Below are positions 48,245-61,329 of a DNA stretch of 64,000 nucleotides, one piece after another; positions within the stretch are counted from its first letter, which is position 1, and each line of letters starts with the position of its first letter. The stretch comes from Octopus sinensis (taxonomy: Eukaryota). Location of the stretch: NCBI RefSeq assembly GCF_006345805.1, contig NC_043011.1:35476464-35540463 (forward strand), given 5' to 3'. The position numbers and the translations under genes are program-made. The notes below the pieces were generated by a model. That model saw nothing but the letters and a program-made list of their open reading frames with translations. It did not search any database and was not told where the DNA came from.

Positions 48245-48481
48245 CAGTGGTTTTCAACCAGGGTTCCGCGGAACCTTAGTGTTCCGCGGAACCTTAGTGT
48301 TCCGCCAGTACAGTCTGGGGGTTCTGCAAGAAGTTACAAAAATGCTAAAATCGGCAGTAATTTTTAATTCTTTTGTGCAGATATGTGTGCATAAGACTAT
48401 TAAATTATTGCACAGGGGTTCCTCGAGCCAGTGGAATGTTTCCTTGGGGTTCCGCTCCAGCAAAAAGTTTGAAAAGCACTG
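48245..48481. mobile_element. hAT (Charlie-like) MITE, 237 bp, 8-bp TSD
   Basis: TIRs CAGTGGTTTTCAACC / GTTTGAAAAGCACTG; perfect TSD ATTTAGAC (48237-48244, 48482-48489); internal 18-bp duplication GTTCCGCGGAACCTTAGT. Confidence 0.95.
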
Positions 48482-48776
48482 ATTTAGACAAATATCTAAC
48501 CCTAAGCTTTTAGACTGGCAATTTCGGGTCCAAATATTCTAGTTGTTTCATGTTCGAAATGTGTAGATCCAGCCTCTCACACCTCCTCTACAATGTCATC
48601 CTAAAAATAAACAATAACATCCTTGAAATCTCAAAGCTACAAGGCAATGCCTGACTAATTCATATCAATATAGATAAGTAATCATGACATTTGACCGAGT
48701 AATCTGAATAATAAAGGGTTTAGGGGAACATAATTTATTTACCTTACAAACAGAAGAATTGATTGTTTTACCGATT

Positions 48777-49165
48777 TGGATTTGGAAGCACTCCGTCGGT
48801 TACGACAACGAGGGTTCCGGTTGATCAGAATCAATGGAACAGCCTGCTCATGAAATTAACGTGTAAGTGGCCGAGCACTCCACAGGCACGTGTACCCTTA
48901 ACGTAGTTCTCGGGGATATTCAGCACGACACAGAGTGTGACAAGGCCGGCCCTGTGAACTACAGGTACAACAGAAGCAGGAAGTAAGAGTGAGAGAAAGT
49001 TGTGGTGAAAAAGTACAGCAGGGATCCCCACCATCCCCTGCCGGAGCCTCGTGGAGCTTTAGGTGTTTTCGCTCAATAAACACTCACAACGCCCGGTCTG
49101 GGAATCGAAACCGCGATCCTATGACCGCAAGTCCACTGCCCTAACCACTGGGCCATTGCACCTCC
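48777..49165 (-). mobile_element. SINE family D with probable TSD
   Basis: TTTAC(C/T)GATT at 48767-48776 and 49166-49175; minus-strand head has TGGCCCAGTGG and GGTTTCGATTCCC. Confidence 0.93.
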
Positions 49166-49529
49166 TTTACTGATTAAAGATTATTTGTAAAACAATTTAG
49201 CCACTTCGAAACTAGTTCCAAGAAGCTGAAGGAACTGCATACAATAAATCAAAATAAAATCACTGCAGAAATAACTGTTTTATTGACTGAAAGTTTCAGT
49301 AAATTTTTCACTGTCTTTATTGCTTTCCATTTTCTTATTCCAGTCATCTTGTCTTTATCGTTCGCCTTTCATTACATAGACCATAGTTTTTGATAGAGAA
49401 TTATTCATGGTTATTTTTCTCTGTGGCATGCAAAGAAAAAAATAAACTAAACTTAGACCAAATGTAAAATACAAACTTCATTTTTCCTTACATTGCATTT
49501 GTGAATCCAACGAATTGATTGAATAAACT

Positions 49530-49938
49530 CTCTCTTTTACTCTTTTATTCTTTTACTTGTTTCAGTCATTTGAGTGTGGCCATGCTGGAGCACCGCCTTT
49601 AGTCGAGGAAATCAACCACAGGACTTATTTTTTGTGAGCCTAGCACTTATTCTATCAGTTTCTTTTGCCGAACCACTAAGTTACGGGGATGTAAACACAC
49701 CAGTATTGGTTGCCAAGCGATGTTGGGGGGACAAACAGACACACACACACACACATATACATACATATATACACGATGGACTTCTTTCAGTTTCCATCTA
49801 CCAAATCCACTCACAAGGCTTTGATCGGCCCAAGGATGTAGTAGAAGACATTTGCCGAAGGTGCCCCACAGTGGGACTGAACCCGGAACCATGTGGTTGG
49901 TAAGCAAGCTACTTGCCACATAGCCACTCCCACACCTA
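49530..49938 (-). mobile_element. SINE family A, full length
   Basis: Reverse complement of family A. Confidence 0.9.
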
Positions 49939-50267
49939 TAAACTATAAAACTCAATTTTTTAAAAAATTTTGTTCCTCTCCAAAAATTACTTCATAGCCA
50001 TATTGGTCTGAAGATTGTTGCTGTAGCCCTTGTTGCTTTTGTCCTAACATTATTCTTGTTATGGTTATTACTCCTTTTCCTGATATTATTGATGTTGCTG
50101 CTGTTGCTGTTGAGTGAAGCGGTCTTCGTCCTTTGGGAGAAGTCCGAAACGCGGTCCTTTGCTATTCGTAAGTCCCACTGAAGAGAAAGCAGGTCAACCC
50201 CCGACACTGAGAGCATCGACAGAAGGATGAATGCGCATCCAGGCTCAGTGGTTGCTTAGGAATTTGG

Positions 50268-50460
50268 GGACAAGAAACAGGAAGAAAGAGTGAAAGAAAG
50301 TTGGAGCAAAAGAGTACAACAGGGGTCGCCACCACCCCCTGCCAGTGCTTCGTGGAGCTTTAGGTGTTTTTGCTTAATAAACACACACAACGCCCAGTCT
50401 GGGAATCGAAACTGCGATCCTCCGACCGCGAGTCCGCTGCCCTAACCACTGGGCCATTTG
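50268..50460 (-). mobile_element. SINE family D, 5' half
   Basis: GGGAATCGAAACTGCGATCC...GCCCTAACCACTGGGCCATT. Confidence 0.88.
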
Positions 50461-51194
50461 ATGTTGCTGCTGTCGTTGTTGTTGCTCTAGTTGTGATTCT
50501 TGTCCCTGTTCATCATTTAACTGTTTTATTTGTTTCTTTTGTTATTTTGTTAATTATTTATTAATTTATTAGAGACAATGAGCTCCCAAATTTTTCTGGC
50601 CCTTGGAATTATGACTGCATTTCTCTTGTCCCATTCCACTGGGGTTTCTTACACATGTAAAAATCAAAGAATTTTGAAATGCAAAACCAACCTTGGTGGA
50701 GTCTGAACACAAATCATGAAACTACATGGCAGAATATTTCAACTATATTTTCTATGGTATTGTATTGATTCTGTTGTCTAATGACAATAGCAATAACAAT
50801 AATCATAAAAAGAAGCACAATGAAAATGGTAAAAATCAATTCTCAGAACCATTTATCATTTAATAGTAAATCTACTCTTTATTGTCTTCCACAAAACATT
50901 TGGCAGGAACTAAGTATGTGGTTATGTGTGTGTGTGTGTGTGTGTGCTTTAATGTAAGTATATATGTACATATAGTATAATACAATACAATACAAACACA
51001 CACACAAATACACATACGTACATATTTATGTCTTCCATAAAACATTTGACTGTATATAAGTGTTTTTGTGTGTATATATACGTTTAAATGCAGTCAAAAG
51101 TTTTGTGGAGGACATCTGTGTGTGTGTGTATATGTATGTATATATATATATACATACACACACACACACATATATATACACATATATATACAGG

Positions 51195-51225
<31 letters not shown>

Positions 51226-51789
51226 GTATATATATATATGTGTGTATATATATATGTGTGTGTATATATATATATATATATATCCACACATACATATATA
51301 CATAAACACACATGCATGTATACATTCGCATACTCACACATATATAATGAAAGTTCCCTAAGCAACCAATGAATTTAATTTCCAGAACATTCTGGAATTC
51401 TACTGGAGTTATGAAGCCTTATATTTCATTGGCTTGTACTTTTACTATTAACAAAACTTTACAACACCATCGACTAACATCAGCATGCACAAACATGCTC
51501 GAACACACATGCACACACACCACACACACACGCACACATGCACACACGCACACCCGCACTCATGCATACATACACTTACAGACATACATATACACAAACT
51601 CATTTTCAACTTTTTAACTTTTTGTGAGCTAGAGGAAAGAGAGGAAGAATAGAAAGGGCATAAATAATGGGAAAGGAACAAAGAGAGAGAGAAGGACAGG
51701 GGTGGGGAGAGGGAGGAGAGAGAGAGAGTAAGAGTGAGGGGTGAGTGGGCAGAAGGGAGCCCAAATGATAGATGAGAAGAATGACGCCT

Positions 51790-51928
51790 CTGTTACTAAA
51801 GTACCGAGTGAAAGTTAATAATAAAAATAATAATAATAATGATAATAATAATAGTAATAATAATAATAATGATGATAATACTAATAATAATAATGATGAT
51901 AATAATAGTAATAATAATGATAATAATG

Positions 51929-51962
<34 letters not shown>

Positions 51963-52472
51963 TGATAACAAAAAATGCCCTTGTTGTAAAATAAACATTG
52001 TTTATTAGAGAATGCAAAAGAGTTAATATGAACACATGCATAGTCATTTAAAATAAAATGTCTATGGCTCATGAGGACAATCTAATCATACCGAAGCCAT
52101 AATTTGTTAATATCATGGCTAAATGAACAAAGTAAAAATCACAAGGTATTAAAAAAAAAAAAAAGATAATTTACAAACAAGAACAAAAAAAAAAAAAAGC
52201 TAACTAAAAGATCTTAGCAAAAACATACACGAATGTTAAGAGAACAATGGCGGTTATAATAGCTGAAGGAAACCAGCATAAATACACGTATGGCATGGTG
52301 TGCCAGTAAAACAATATCGTTTTAAGGCGACATTTTCATGGAATTGACAAAAGTTATTATGAGAATAAAATAAAGTTTAAAGCCTTAAATAAAGACAGAA
52401 AACTAGAAAAGTATTTAAATAATAATAATAATGAATAATAATAATAATGAATAATAATAATAATAATAATAA

Positions 52473-52506
<34 letters not shown>

Positions 52507-52576
52507 CAATAATGATAATACATACATACATATATATATATGTATGTGTGTGTGTATATATATATATATATGTGTG

Positions 52577-52622
<46 letters not shown>

Positions 52623-52861
52623 ATATATATATGTGGGCAATAAAGAAACAGATATATATATATATATATATATATATGTGTATATATATATGTGTATATA
52701 TGCATATTATTATATAGTGTATATATGCATATATATACACACACCTGTATAATAGGGAGTGTATGAAACAGTAAATTTTATAATCCAGAATTATATTCTT
52801 CATGTTTCCTACACAGAGAAGATTTTTCAAAAGAAAAGAGGCAAATGAATTGTGTGTGTAC

Positions 52862-52892
<31 letters not shown>

Positions 52893-52906
52893 ATATGTAT
52901 ATGTGT

Positions 52907-52945
<39 letters not shown>

Positions 52946-53210
52946 TATATATATAATATATATATATGTGTATATATATATATATTATATATATATATAT
53001 ATGTATGGTTGTATATATATATATATATATATAATATATATATATTATATATATATGTATGGTTGTATATAGGTGAATGTACATATATATGAGTGTCAGT
53101 CAGTGTGTAATTATGTTCTTGCCATATGTATGTATATATATATATATATATATAATATATATATATACATATATATATATACATATACATTTATATATAC
53201 ATATACGTAG

Positions 53211-53241
<31 letters not shown>

Positions 53242-53310
53242 TACTGTATATATATAAATGTGTATATATATACATATATATATATATGTATGTATGTATA
53301 TATGTACTGA
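51790..53310. repeat. (AAT)n blocks (51790-51965, 52420-52520) and long (TA)n/(TG)n arrays
   Basis: Direct reading. Confidence 0.88.
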
Positions 53311-53599
53311 TATATTGACACTACATTTCGCACTTGCTCTCTGAAAGCTATTCAACAGTAAATTTTCGTTTTTGCATTTTGCATTTACAGTTTTATAATT
53401 AGGAAGTAGATGAAGTCTCTACAGATGACAAAGAACTGCCTTAATTCCCAACATATTCTCTGTTATTGAATAATATTTCAAACGTATCACCTGCCTGTTG
53501 GCAGTTAATCTTTTGTTTTCTAATTTCCATTGAAAAGTTACACTATATAATCAAAAAGCTATTGAAACATTCAACCAGATAGAAATATATTTATCAATA

Positions 53600-54390
53600 A
53601 TGGACCAACTAGTGAACCAACCTACTGAACAAGCAACCGATTAAGCAAGTGAGCAGCCAATCTGTAAACGAACGAACGAACCAACCAACCACCCAGCCTA
53701 GCAACCAACCAACCAGCCGACCGACCAACCGACCAACCAACCAGCCAAGAGACAAACTGCCTAATCAAGCAAGCAAGCAACTAATTAACCAACCAGCCAG
53801 CTTACCATCCAACCAACCAACCAACCAACAAACCAACCAACAAGCAATAAACCAGCCTACCAACCAACCAACCAACTGGCCTACCAACCAACCAGCCAAC
53901 CAGCCTACCAAGCAAGCAAGCAACCAGCCTACCTACCAACCAACCAACCAACCAACCAACCAACCAACCAACCAGCCTACCAACAAACCAACCAGCCTAC
54001 CAACCAACCAGCCAAGAGACAAACTGTCTAAGCAAGCAAGCAACTAATTAACCAACCAAGCAACCAACCAGCCTACCAACCAACCAACCAACCAACCAAC
54101 CAACCAACCAACCAACCAACCAATTAACCAGCCAACCAACTAACCAACTAACCAACCAGCCTACCAATCAATCAACCAACCAACCAACCAAGAGACAAAC
54201 TACTTAGCAAAGCAAGCAAGCAAGCAAGCAACTAACCAACCAAGAAGCCAACGGCCAACTATTTGGCCAATCAACTAATCAGCTAACAAAGTAATGAGTC
54301 CAACCAACCTGTTGAACAACCATTTGATTGACAGACCAACCAGCCGACCAACCAGCCAACCAACCAAACAGCCCAAATGAACCAGGAAAT
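53600..54390. repeat. Degenerate (AACC)n/(AAGC)n satellite with higher-order unit
   Basis: CCAAGAGACAAACT recurs three times (~53745, ~54012, ~54188). Confidence 0.92.
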
Positions 54391-54409
54391 ATCCAAGATT
54401 GGTTTGATC

Positions 54410-54530
54410 ATAGGTTCTCAAAGTGGGCACTACTGCCCCCCCAGTAGACGTTGAGACGGTCCAAGTGGGCGCTAGTGCCTAAGGGGGCAGTGGGGGGCAG
54501 TAGAGAAAAAATAGGTGTTGGGAGGAAGGC
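54410..54530. mobile_element. hAT-like MITE end fragment
   Basis: GGTTCTCAAAGTGGGC...CTACTGCCCCCC with internal inverted GGGGGGCAGTAG; second end not found. Confidence 0.4.
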
Positions 54531-55384
54531 AATGGATTGAGGGACACTATGCATTTATTATATTATTATAGTGTTGTATACAAATTATATATCATATTAA
54601 ATATCAAATATTAATAAAAAAAACAAAAACAAAAAACAAATTACACGAACGTATATAAACAGGAGATACAAATATTACAGGCACTCCCCCCACACACACA
54701 CTAACTAAACATAGACACACATAGAGGTGTACACATGCACAAATGAAGACACAATAGGAATACAAAATACAAAATGGCTGACCGTTAGTAAGGCGAGACA
54801 CAAAAATAAGAAAGAAGAAAGCAAAGGACCACTGACGAGGTCACAGAAGTAACAAAAGAACTCTGACCGAAATAAGATTAAGATTAATGCAAAAAATGAA
54901 TAACGCTGAAGCAAAGTAACACCAAATATATAGTGCGTGTGTTTTTATTGGCTAAACTGGCAAAATGACCATTCCTAAATACAACAATAAATATCAAATG
55001 ATTCATAGTATATATAAATTAATAAAAATATAAGATATTTATTTATGTATAAAAATAGGGGTTAGGGCGCTATTATTTATACAATGTATAATGTCAATTA
55101 CGTTGCATGTAGTAAATAGAACAACTTGATAAATTGGGGATTAAAGATAACTTTCAATTTATTAGGCTTAGGGAAGTGTTTTGCAAACAATGCAAAAAAT
55201 TGATTGGGTAATCTACTTTGGATGTTGAGGTGAAAGTGGGATGAAACCAGATTATATGATGAACACTAGTTTGCCTATTGTATCTTAAGAAGCTACTACC
55301 ATTTGAATTATGATAGGGAGGCAAATGTTTATTGATATGCCAGTAGGTGGTTGCATATTTTGGACATGGTATCCTATTACGAGG

Positions 55385-55525
55385 GGTTTCCACATATTCA
55401 CTCTCAAGGCATTGGTTGGTCTGGGGCTATAGAAGAAGACACTTGTCCAAAGATGCTGTACAGTGGGGATGAACCTGAGACCAAATGGATCTGAAGCAAA
55501 CTTCTTAACTAAATAATCATACCTT
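55385..55525 (-). mobile_element. SINE family A, degenerate 5' half
   Basis: GGGGCTATAGAAGAAGACACTTGTCCAA...CAGTGGGGATGAACC. Confidence 0.7.
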
Positions 55526-56196
55526 TGAAGTAAATTTGGCTGCCATTTCTAACAGATCAAGTGACAGTGATAAAGGCTGATTCATATTGTACAGTTAATC
55601 TACAATCTGGAGGAAACTGTTGACCTGGCTTGGTAAACATTACACAATGAAGTTAGTGAGTTTGTTTAAGTTATCATGCCGTAGGGTGAAAACAGAAGCA
55701 TAGAAACTTAACCAAACTTGAACATTGCAATACAATTTTATAATTAAGTTCAATTGGTATTTATTGATTGAAGAGGACTGAATAAAGGATACACGACTGA
55801 ATGGCAGAACCAGATGAGCATTGTATTAATTAATTAATTAATCAGATATTACCTTGCAGTAATTAGTTATGTATCTCTGTTTTCAGAGTTCAAGTCCAGC
55901 GGATGTTGACTTTACTTTCATTGCTGCTTTGTTAAACTAAGTACCAGTCATATAAGGAGGTAGCTGTAATTGATTGTTTTCTCCTTTAAAATGTGTAGCC
56001 CTTTGCCATGTTCTCTTTAGTCTGTTTGTATATGTTGTGCAATTTGTATCCTGTATGTATGTATGTATGTGCACTCTAAACATACACACAAAGCAACTTA
56101 CATTTTGTTCACACTTGACTTACACTCAAGGGAACCAATATTTTTCTGTGTGTACTTTGCATACATACTTGGCAATGTTTTGTAAGCATCCTACAT

Positions 56197-56584
56197 GGAT
56201 GGAAGCCCTCCGTCGGTTACGACGATGAGGGTTCCGGTTGATCCATATCAACGGAACAGCCTGCTCGTGAAATTAATGTGTAAGTGGCTGAGCACTCCAC
56301 AGACATGTGCACCCTTAAGATAGTTCTCAGGGATATTCAGCGTGACACAGAGAGTGACAAGGCCGGCCCCTTGAAATACAGGTACAACAGAAACAGGAAG
56401 TAAGAGTGAGAGAAAGTTGTGGTGAAAGAGTACAGCAGGGATCACCACCATCCCCTGCCGGAGCCTCGTGGAGCTTTTAGGTGTTTTCGCTCAATAAACA
56501 CTCACAACGCCTGGTCTGGGAATCGAAACCGCGATCCTATGACTGCGAGTCCGCTGCCCTAACCACTGGGCCATTGCGCCTCCA
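56197..56584 (-). mobile_element. Young SINE family D with 13-bp TSD
   Basis: AAGCATCCTACAT at 56184-56196 and 56585-56597; head GGAGGCGCAATGGCCCAGTGG...GGTTTCGATTCCC. Confidence 0.95.
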
Positions 56585-56767
56585 AAGCATCCTACATACA
56601 TGTAATGCAACTAACCTCTTCTCATTTTATGTACATACAGAGCAACTAACCTTTGCGTGTGAACCATACTATAGCTAAAATTTCGTGTATACTTAACACA
56701 CATATGAGGCATCCAAAAATTTTGCATCAAATTATATTAAAAAAATAAAGACCCTTTTTGTCACAAA

Positions 56768-57073
56768 TGACCATGGGATAATACCTAGAAAGTTCCCCTG
56801 CAAAGGATAAGTCTTTCTAAGGTTGTTTGTGGAAGACCAGCAGTCACCCATGCACACTGGTCTTCCCTCTACATGTCACTGATGTTCTCCCAGAAAATAG
56901 CAAAGGCTGATACAGCTTGGTACCAGTGATGTTGCAATTAATTTTTACAGGTGAGAGACTGAAATGGTGTGAAATGAAATGTCTTGCTCAAGAACACAAC
57001 ACACAGCCCAGTCCAGGCATGAAAATCACAACCTCATGATTGTAAACCAGATGCCCTAACCACTGAGCTATGC
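56768..57073 (-). mobile_element. SINE family E (tail type 3), degenerate
   Basis: Reverse complement of 47277-47608. Confidence 0.8.
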
Positions 57074-57074
57074 A

Positions 57075-57740
57075 ATGTTCATATTAGGCAACTATGTGCA
57101 TGAGAATACATACATAAAGCATACAAATCTGCACATAAGTCTATCCATCCATCCATCCATCCATCCATCCATCCATACATACATACACACACACACATAC
57201 ATACAGACATACATACATATATACATACATACATACATACACACACACATACATACATACATACATACATAGACACATACATACATACATAGACACACAC
57301 ACATACATACATACATACAGACATACATACTTACAAATATACATACATACATACATACATAAATACATACATACATACACACATACATACATACACACAT
57401 ACATACATATATACATACATACATACATACATACATACATAGACACATACATACATACATAGACACACACACATACATACATACATACAGACATACATAC
57501 ATACAAACATACAAACATACATACATACATAAATACATACATACATACACACATACATACATACACACATACATACATACATACATACATACATACATAC
57601 ATACATACATACATACATACATACATACATACATACATACATACATACATACATAAATATCCTGTTGTTGATGTTGAAATTCCAATGAAGGAACCTTGGA
57701 TCCAGGTTAGAAATCAGTTGAAATAAAACTGAAATAAAAC
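57075..57740 (+). mobile_element. R4/Dong-type LINE 3' UTR with expanded (ACAT)n
   Basis: 57088-57137 matches 15928-15977 (47/50), which directly follows the RLE ORF stop. Confidence 0.65.
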
Positions 57741-57779
57741 TGAACAATGACCATACATAAATACCTACATGCACACACA

Positions 57780-57856
<77 letters not shown>

Positions 57857-57892
57857 CATTGGTGTATACCGCTATCAATCTCTCCCTGTCTT

Positions 57893-57929
<37 letters not shown>

Positions 57930-58198
57930 CACATACACCCACACAGACACAAATAGAGAAGAAGATGATAAAATTAAAAACTCATTAGAGTGAATAATTA
58001 AAACTGGATCAGTCTAAACACGTTTGATGTCATTATTGTTTATGTTAGTCAATGTCACGCCGGTGAAGCTCAGCAAATTAAAAGTTGTTGTGAGACTACT
58101 CCTCCATCTACAGGTAGAAACAGTAACTGGATGACAGGAGAGCAGGAGGGGTGGAGAAGATGCACTGATTTTACATATGACGATGGGGGAAGAAGGAA

Positions 58199-58271
<73 letters not shown>

Positions 58272-58545
58272 CGACGATGAGGATGTGTAGGATGATGATA
58301 ATTAGGATGATGATGATGATGCTGATGATGATTAGGATGATGATGATGATGATGATGTGTAGGATAATGATGATGAAGATGATGATGATGATGATGATGA
58401 TAATGATGATGATAATGATGATGATAATGATGTGTAGGATGATGATGATGATGATGTTGATGATGATGATGATGATTAGGATGTTGATGATGATGATGAT
58501 GATGATGATGATGTGTAGAATGATAATGATGATTAGGATGATGTT
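57780..58545. repeat. (CTAT)n/(CT)n block (57780-57925) and degenerate (GAT)n block (58198-58545)
   Basis: Direct reading. Confidence 0.9.
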
Positions 58546-58714
58546 TCCAAGTAAGGTTAAGTTAATTCATGACCAGACATGTTTCCATGGAAGATTGGAA
58601 GTGAGGGACACTCTGTATGATGGTGGAACTTGTTTACAACTGTCAACAGAAGGAGACACTCATACACACAAACACACACATGCATGCATGCATGCACATA
58701 TGCATATATACATA

Positions 58715-59330
58715 TGCAACAGACTTGTTTCAGCTTCCGGCTACCAAAAGCTTTGGTTGGCTCAGAGCTATGGTTTCAGATACTTGCCCAAGGTGTCATG
58801 CAGTGGGACCGAACCTGAAACCATGTGGTAGGGAATCAAACTTCTCAACCACCCAACCGTGCCTGCACCACACACACACATATGCACACACACACACACA
58901 CACACATACACACACACACACACACAAATATATATATATACATAAGAATGGCTGTGTGGTTAGGAAGCTTGATTCCCAGCCACAAAGTTTTGGGTTCAGT
59001 CACACTGCGTGGTACCTTGGGCAAGTGTCTTCTAATTTAGTGCTGGGCAGACCAAAGCCTTGTGGGTGAATTTGGTAGATGGAAACTGAAAGAAACCTGT
59101 CATAAATATGAATATTATCCATGTGTTTGTGTCTATGTAAGTCATCTGTTATCACTTGGCTATCAGCATTGGTGTATTTAAGTACGCCTAACTTAGCAGC
59201 TCAGCAAAACAGACCGATAGAATAAGTACGAGGATCCGAAAAGGTAGCGGGGTTGATTCAATCGATTAAAAATTGCTCAAGAGGGTGCTCCAGCATGGCC
59301 ACAGTCTTATGACTGAGACATGTAAAAGAA
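58715..59330. mobile_element. Head-to-head family A SINEs: 58715-58866 (-) and 58945-59330 (+)
   Basis: ACTTGCCCAAGGTGTCATGCAGTGGGAC vs GTCACACTGCGTGGTACCTTGGGCAAGT. Confidence 0.85.
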
Positions 59331-59562
59331 AACTGTTAAAGAACAGCTGATACCAACAGGTAACTGGAACTCAATACAGGGTGTCGGTCAATATCCAATC
59401 ATTGTCAAGCTGACTTTACAGAGAAAATGGTTTCTAGCCGGAGGCTGACTGTATACGTGTGTGTCTATGTGTGTGTGTATGTGTGTGTGTGTGTGTATGT
59501 GTGTGTGTGTGTGCGTGTGTGTGTGTGTGTGTGCATGTGCATACACCCATATATATATTTTT

Positions 59563-60143
59563 CTTTATTGCCCACAGGGGGCTAAACACAGAGTGGACAA
59601 ACAAGGGCAGACAAAGGGATTAAATCGATTACATCGACACCAGTGTGTAACTGGTACTTTATTTATCGACCCCGAAAGGATGAAAGGCAAAGTCGACCTC
59701 GGTGGAATTTGAACTCAGAACGTAGCCGCAGACGAAATATCTATTTCTTTATTAACCACAAGAGGCTAAACATAGAGAGGACAAACAAGGACAGACAAAG
59801 GGATTAAGTCGATTACATCGACCCCAGTGCATAACTGCTACTTAATTTATTGACCCCAAAAGGATGAAAGGCAAAGTCGACCTTGGCGGAATTTGAACTC
59901 AGAACGTAAAGACAGAGAAAATGCCACTAAGCATTTTGCCCAGTGTGCTAACGTTTTTGCCAGCTCGCTTCAAGGCAAAAGTTATCATCGTGTGTACACA
60001 GTGTGTAACTGGTACTTAATTTATCGACCTCTAAAGAATGAAAAGCAAAGTCGACCTCTGCGGAATTTGAACTCAGAAAGTAATGGCAGACGAAATGCCG
60101 CTAAGCATTTTGCCCGGTGTTCTAACGCTTCTGCCAGCTCGCA
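59563..60143 (-). mobile_element. Tandem array of three family B units
   Basis: AAAGTCGACC at ~59690, ~59873 and ~60048, with repeated GGAATTTGAACTCAGAA. Confidence 0.9.
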
Positions 60144-61194
60144 CACACATGTGTGTGTCAGCCTCCTAACACAAATGTGTACTGAGCTACATACTTTATT
60201 AGTAAGTGGTTTGAGCTCTGTAAAAAACTTAAATGCATGCATAAATACCTATACACACACGCATGCATATACAGAAAGACACATACATAGAGAACCACTA
60301 AGACACATACATAAATATGAATACAAAAATCCTTTGAATATTCATAAATATAAAATATTTTTAGTTTGGATAGAATTCAGTAATTTACAACAAAATGTGT
60401 TAAAATTCCTTCAGCAGAACAGATTAAGCATGACACATCACCCACACACACAGAGACTTTGCGATTTCACTTCCAGTCTCTTAAATTGTTAAATATCTTC
60501 GCATACATTTGACATTTGACTTTATAAAAGAATAACTTCTTGGTAAATTTTATTGAAAATTGATTTTATTTTATTATCTTTTACGAAAATAAATTCTTGT
60601 TTATGTTTTTCTTAATATATTTAAAAAAAAATCTTTTTTTTAATATTGTACTTCTCACTTTCTATAAGCCATAATTATTCAACGGTAGCTAGACAAATTA
60701 GACATTTACCATTCTAACCCAATAGTCAGAAGAAAGAATCGTGGTGGAGCCAAAATAATTCTCTGCTTAGGGCGCCAAATCATATTTGTAACATGGAACA
60801 TCAGAGAAAAAAAATGCCAAAAAACAAAAAATAATAACAATAGGAACAAAATTAACAAAAACACAATGAATACTAGAACTAATAAATAAAAAATTCGAAG
60901 AATAATATGGAATTGGAATTAGCATTTATTTGGTATGATTGCTGTGTTTTTTTTTTTGTTTTTATTATATTAAGTTGCTTTCTCTTTTGTAATTTTTCTT
61001 AAAATTTTATTTTTAGTTTTTCATAGAATTTGAAATGTTGGTTTTATGGTGACAGATTTTATTAAAGAAAGGTTACAACAAGATCCATCTATTTCAATTC
61101 TGCAGTTCAGAGAATTGAAATTTGTTTAAGGTTAAAGGACAAACAGAATCACATGCTAAAATTGTAAATGTCTTGAATTTCTGAAGTCGAACTG

Positions 61195-61292
61195 TATATA
61201 CGTGTGTGTGTGTGTATGTATATATATATATATATGTATATGTTTATATATACATGTATATATGTATAAATATGTATATATATGCATATATA

Positions 61293-61329
<37 letters not shown>

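Noticed and set aside
50115-50165. CCGAAACGCGGTC resembling the 3' half of a hammerhead
   Set aside because: No CUGAnGA core upstream (GTGAAGC instead) and no helix I
53649-54047. Mucin-like QPTN-repeat ORF
   Set aside because: Direct translation of the (AACC)n satellite
56505-56584. tRNA-like sequence with A and B boxes (also at 49165, 38793, 47277, 28863)
   Set aside because: Heads of SINEs continuing into shared bodies with TSDs; no acceptor-stem closure or poly-T terminator, so not called tRNA genes
58020-58110. Minus-strand acceptor (CTACCTGTAG) with a short open frame WRSSLTTTFNLLSFTGV
   Set aside because: Weak donor (GTGTTT), no recognisable domain and no phase-linked partner exon
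58199-58831. 210-aa poly-Met ORF
   Set aside because: (GAT)n array fused to a SINE fragment
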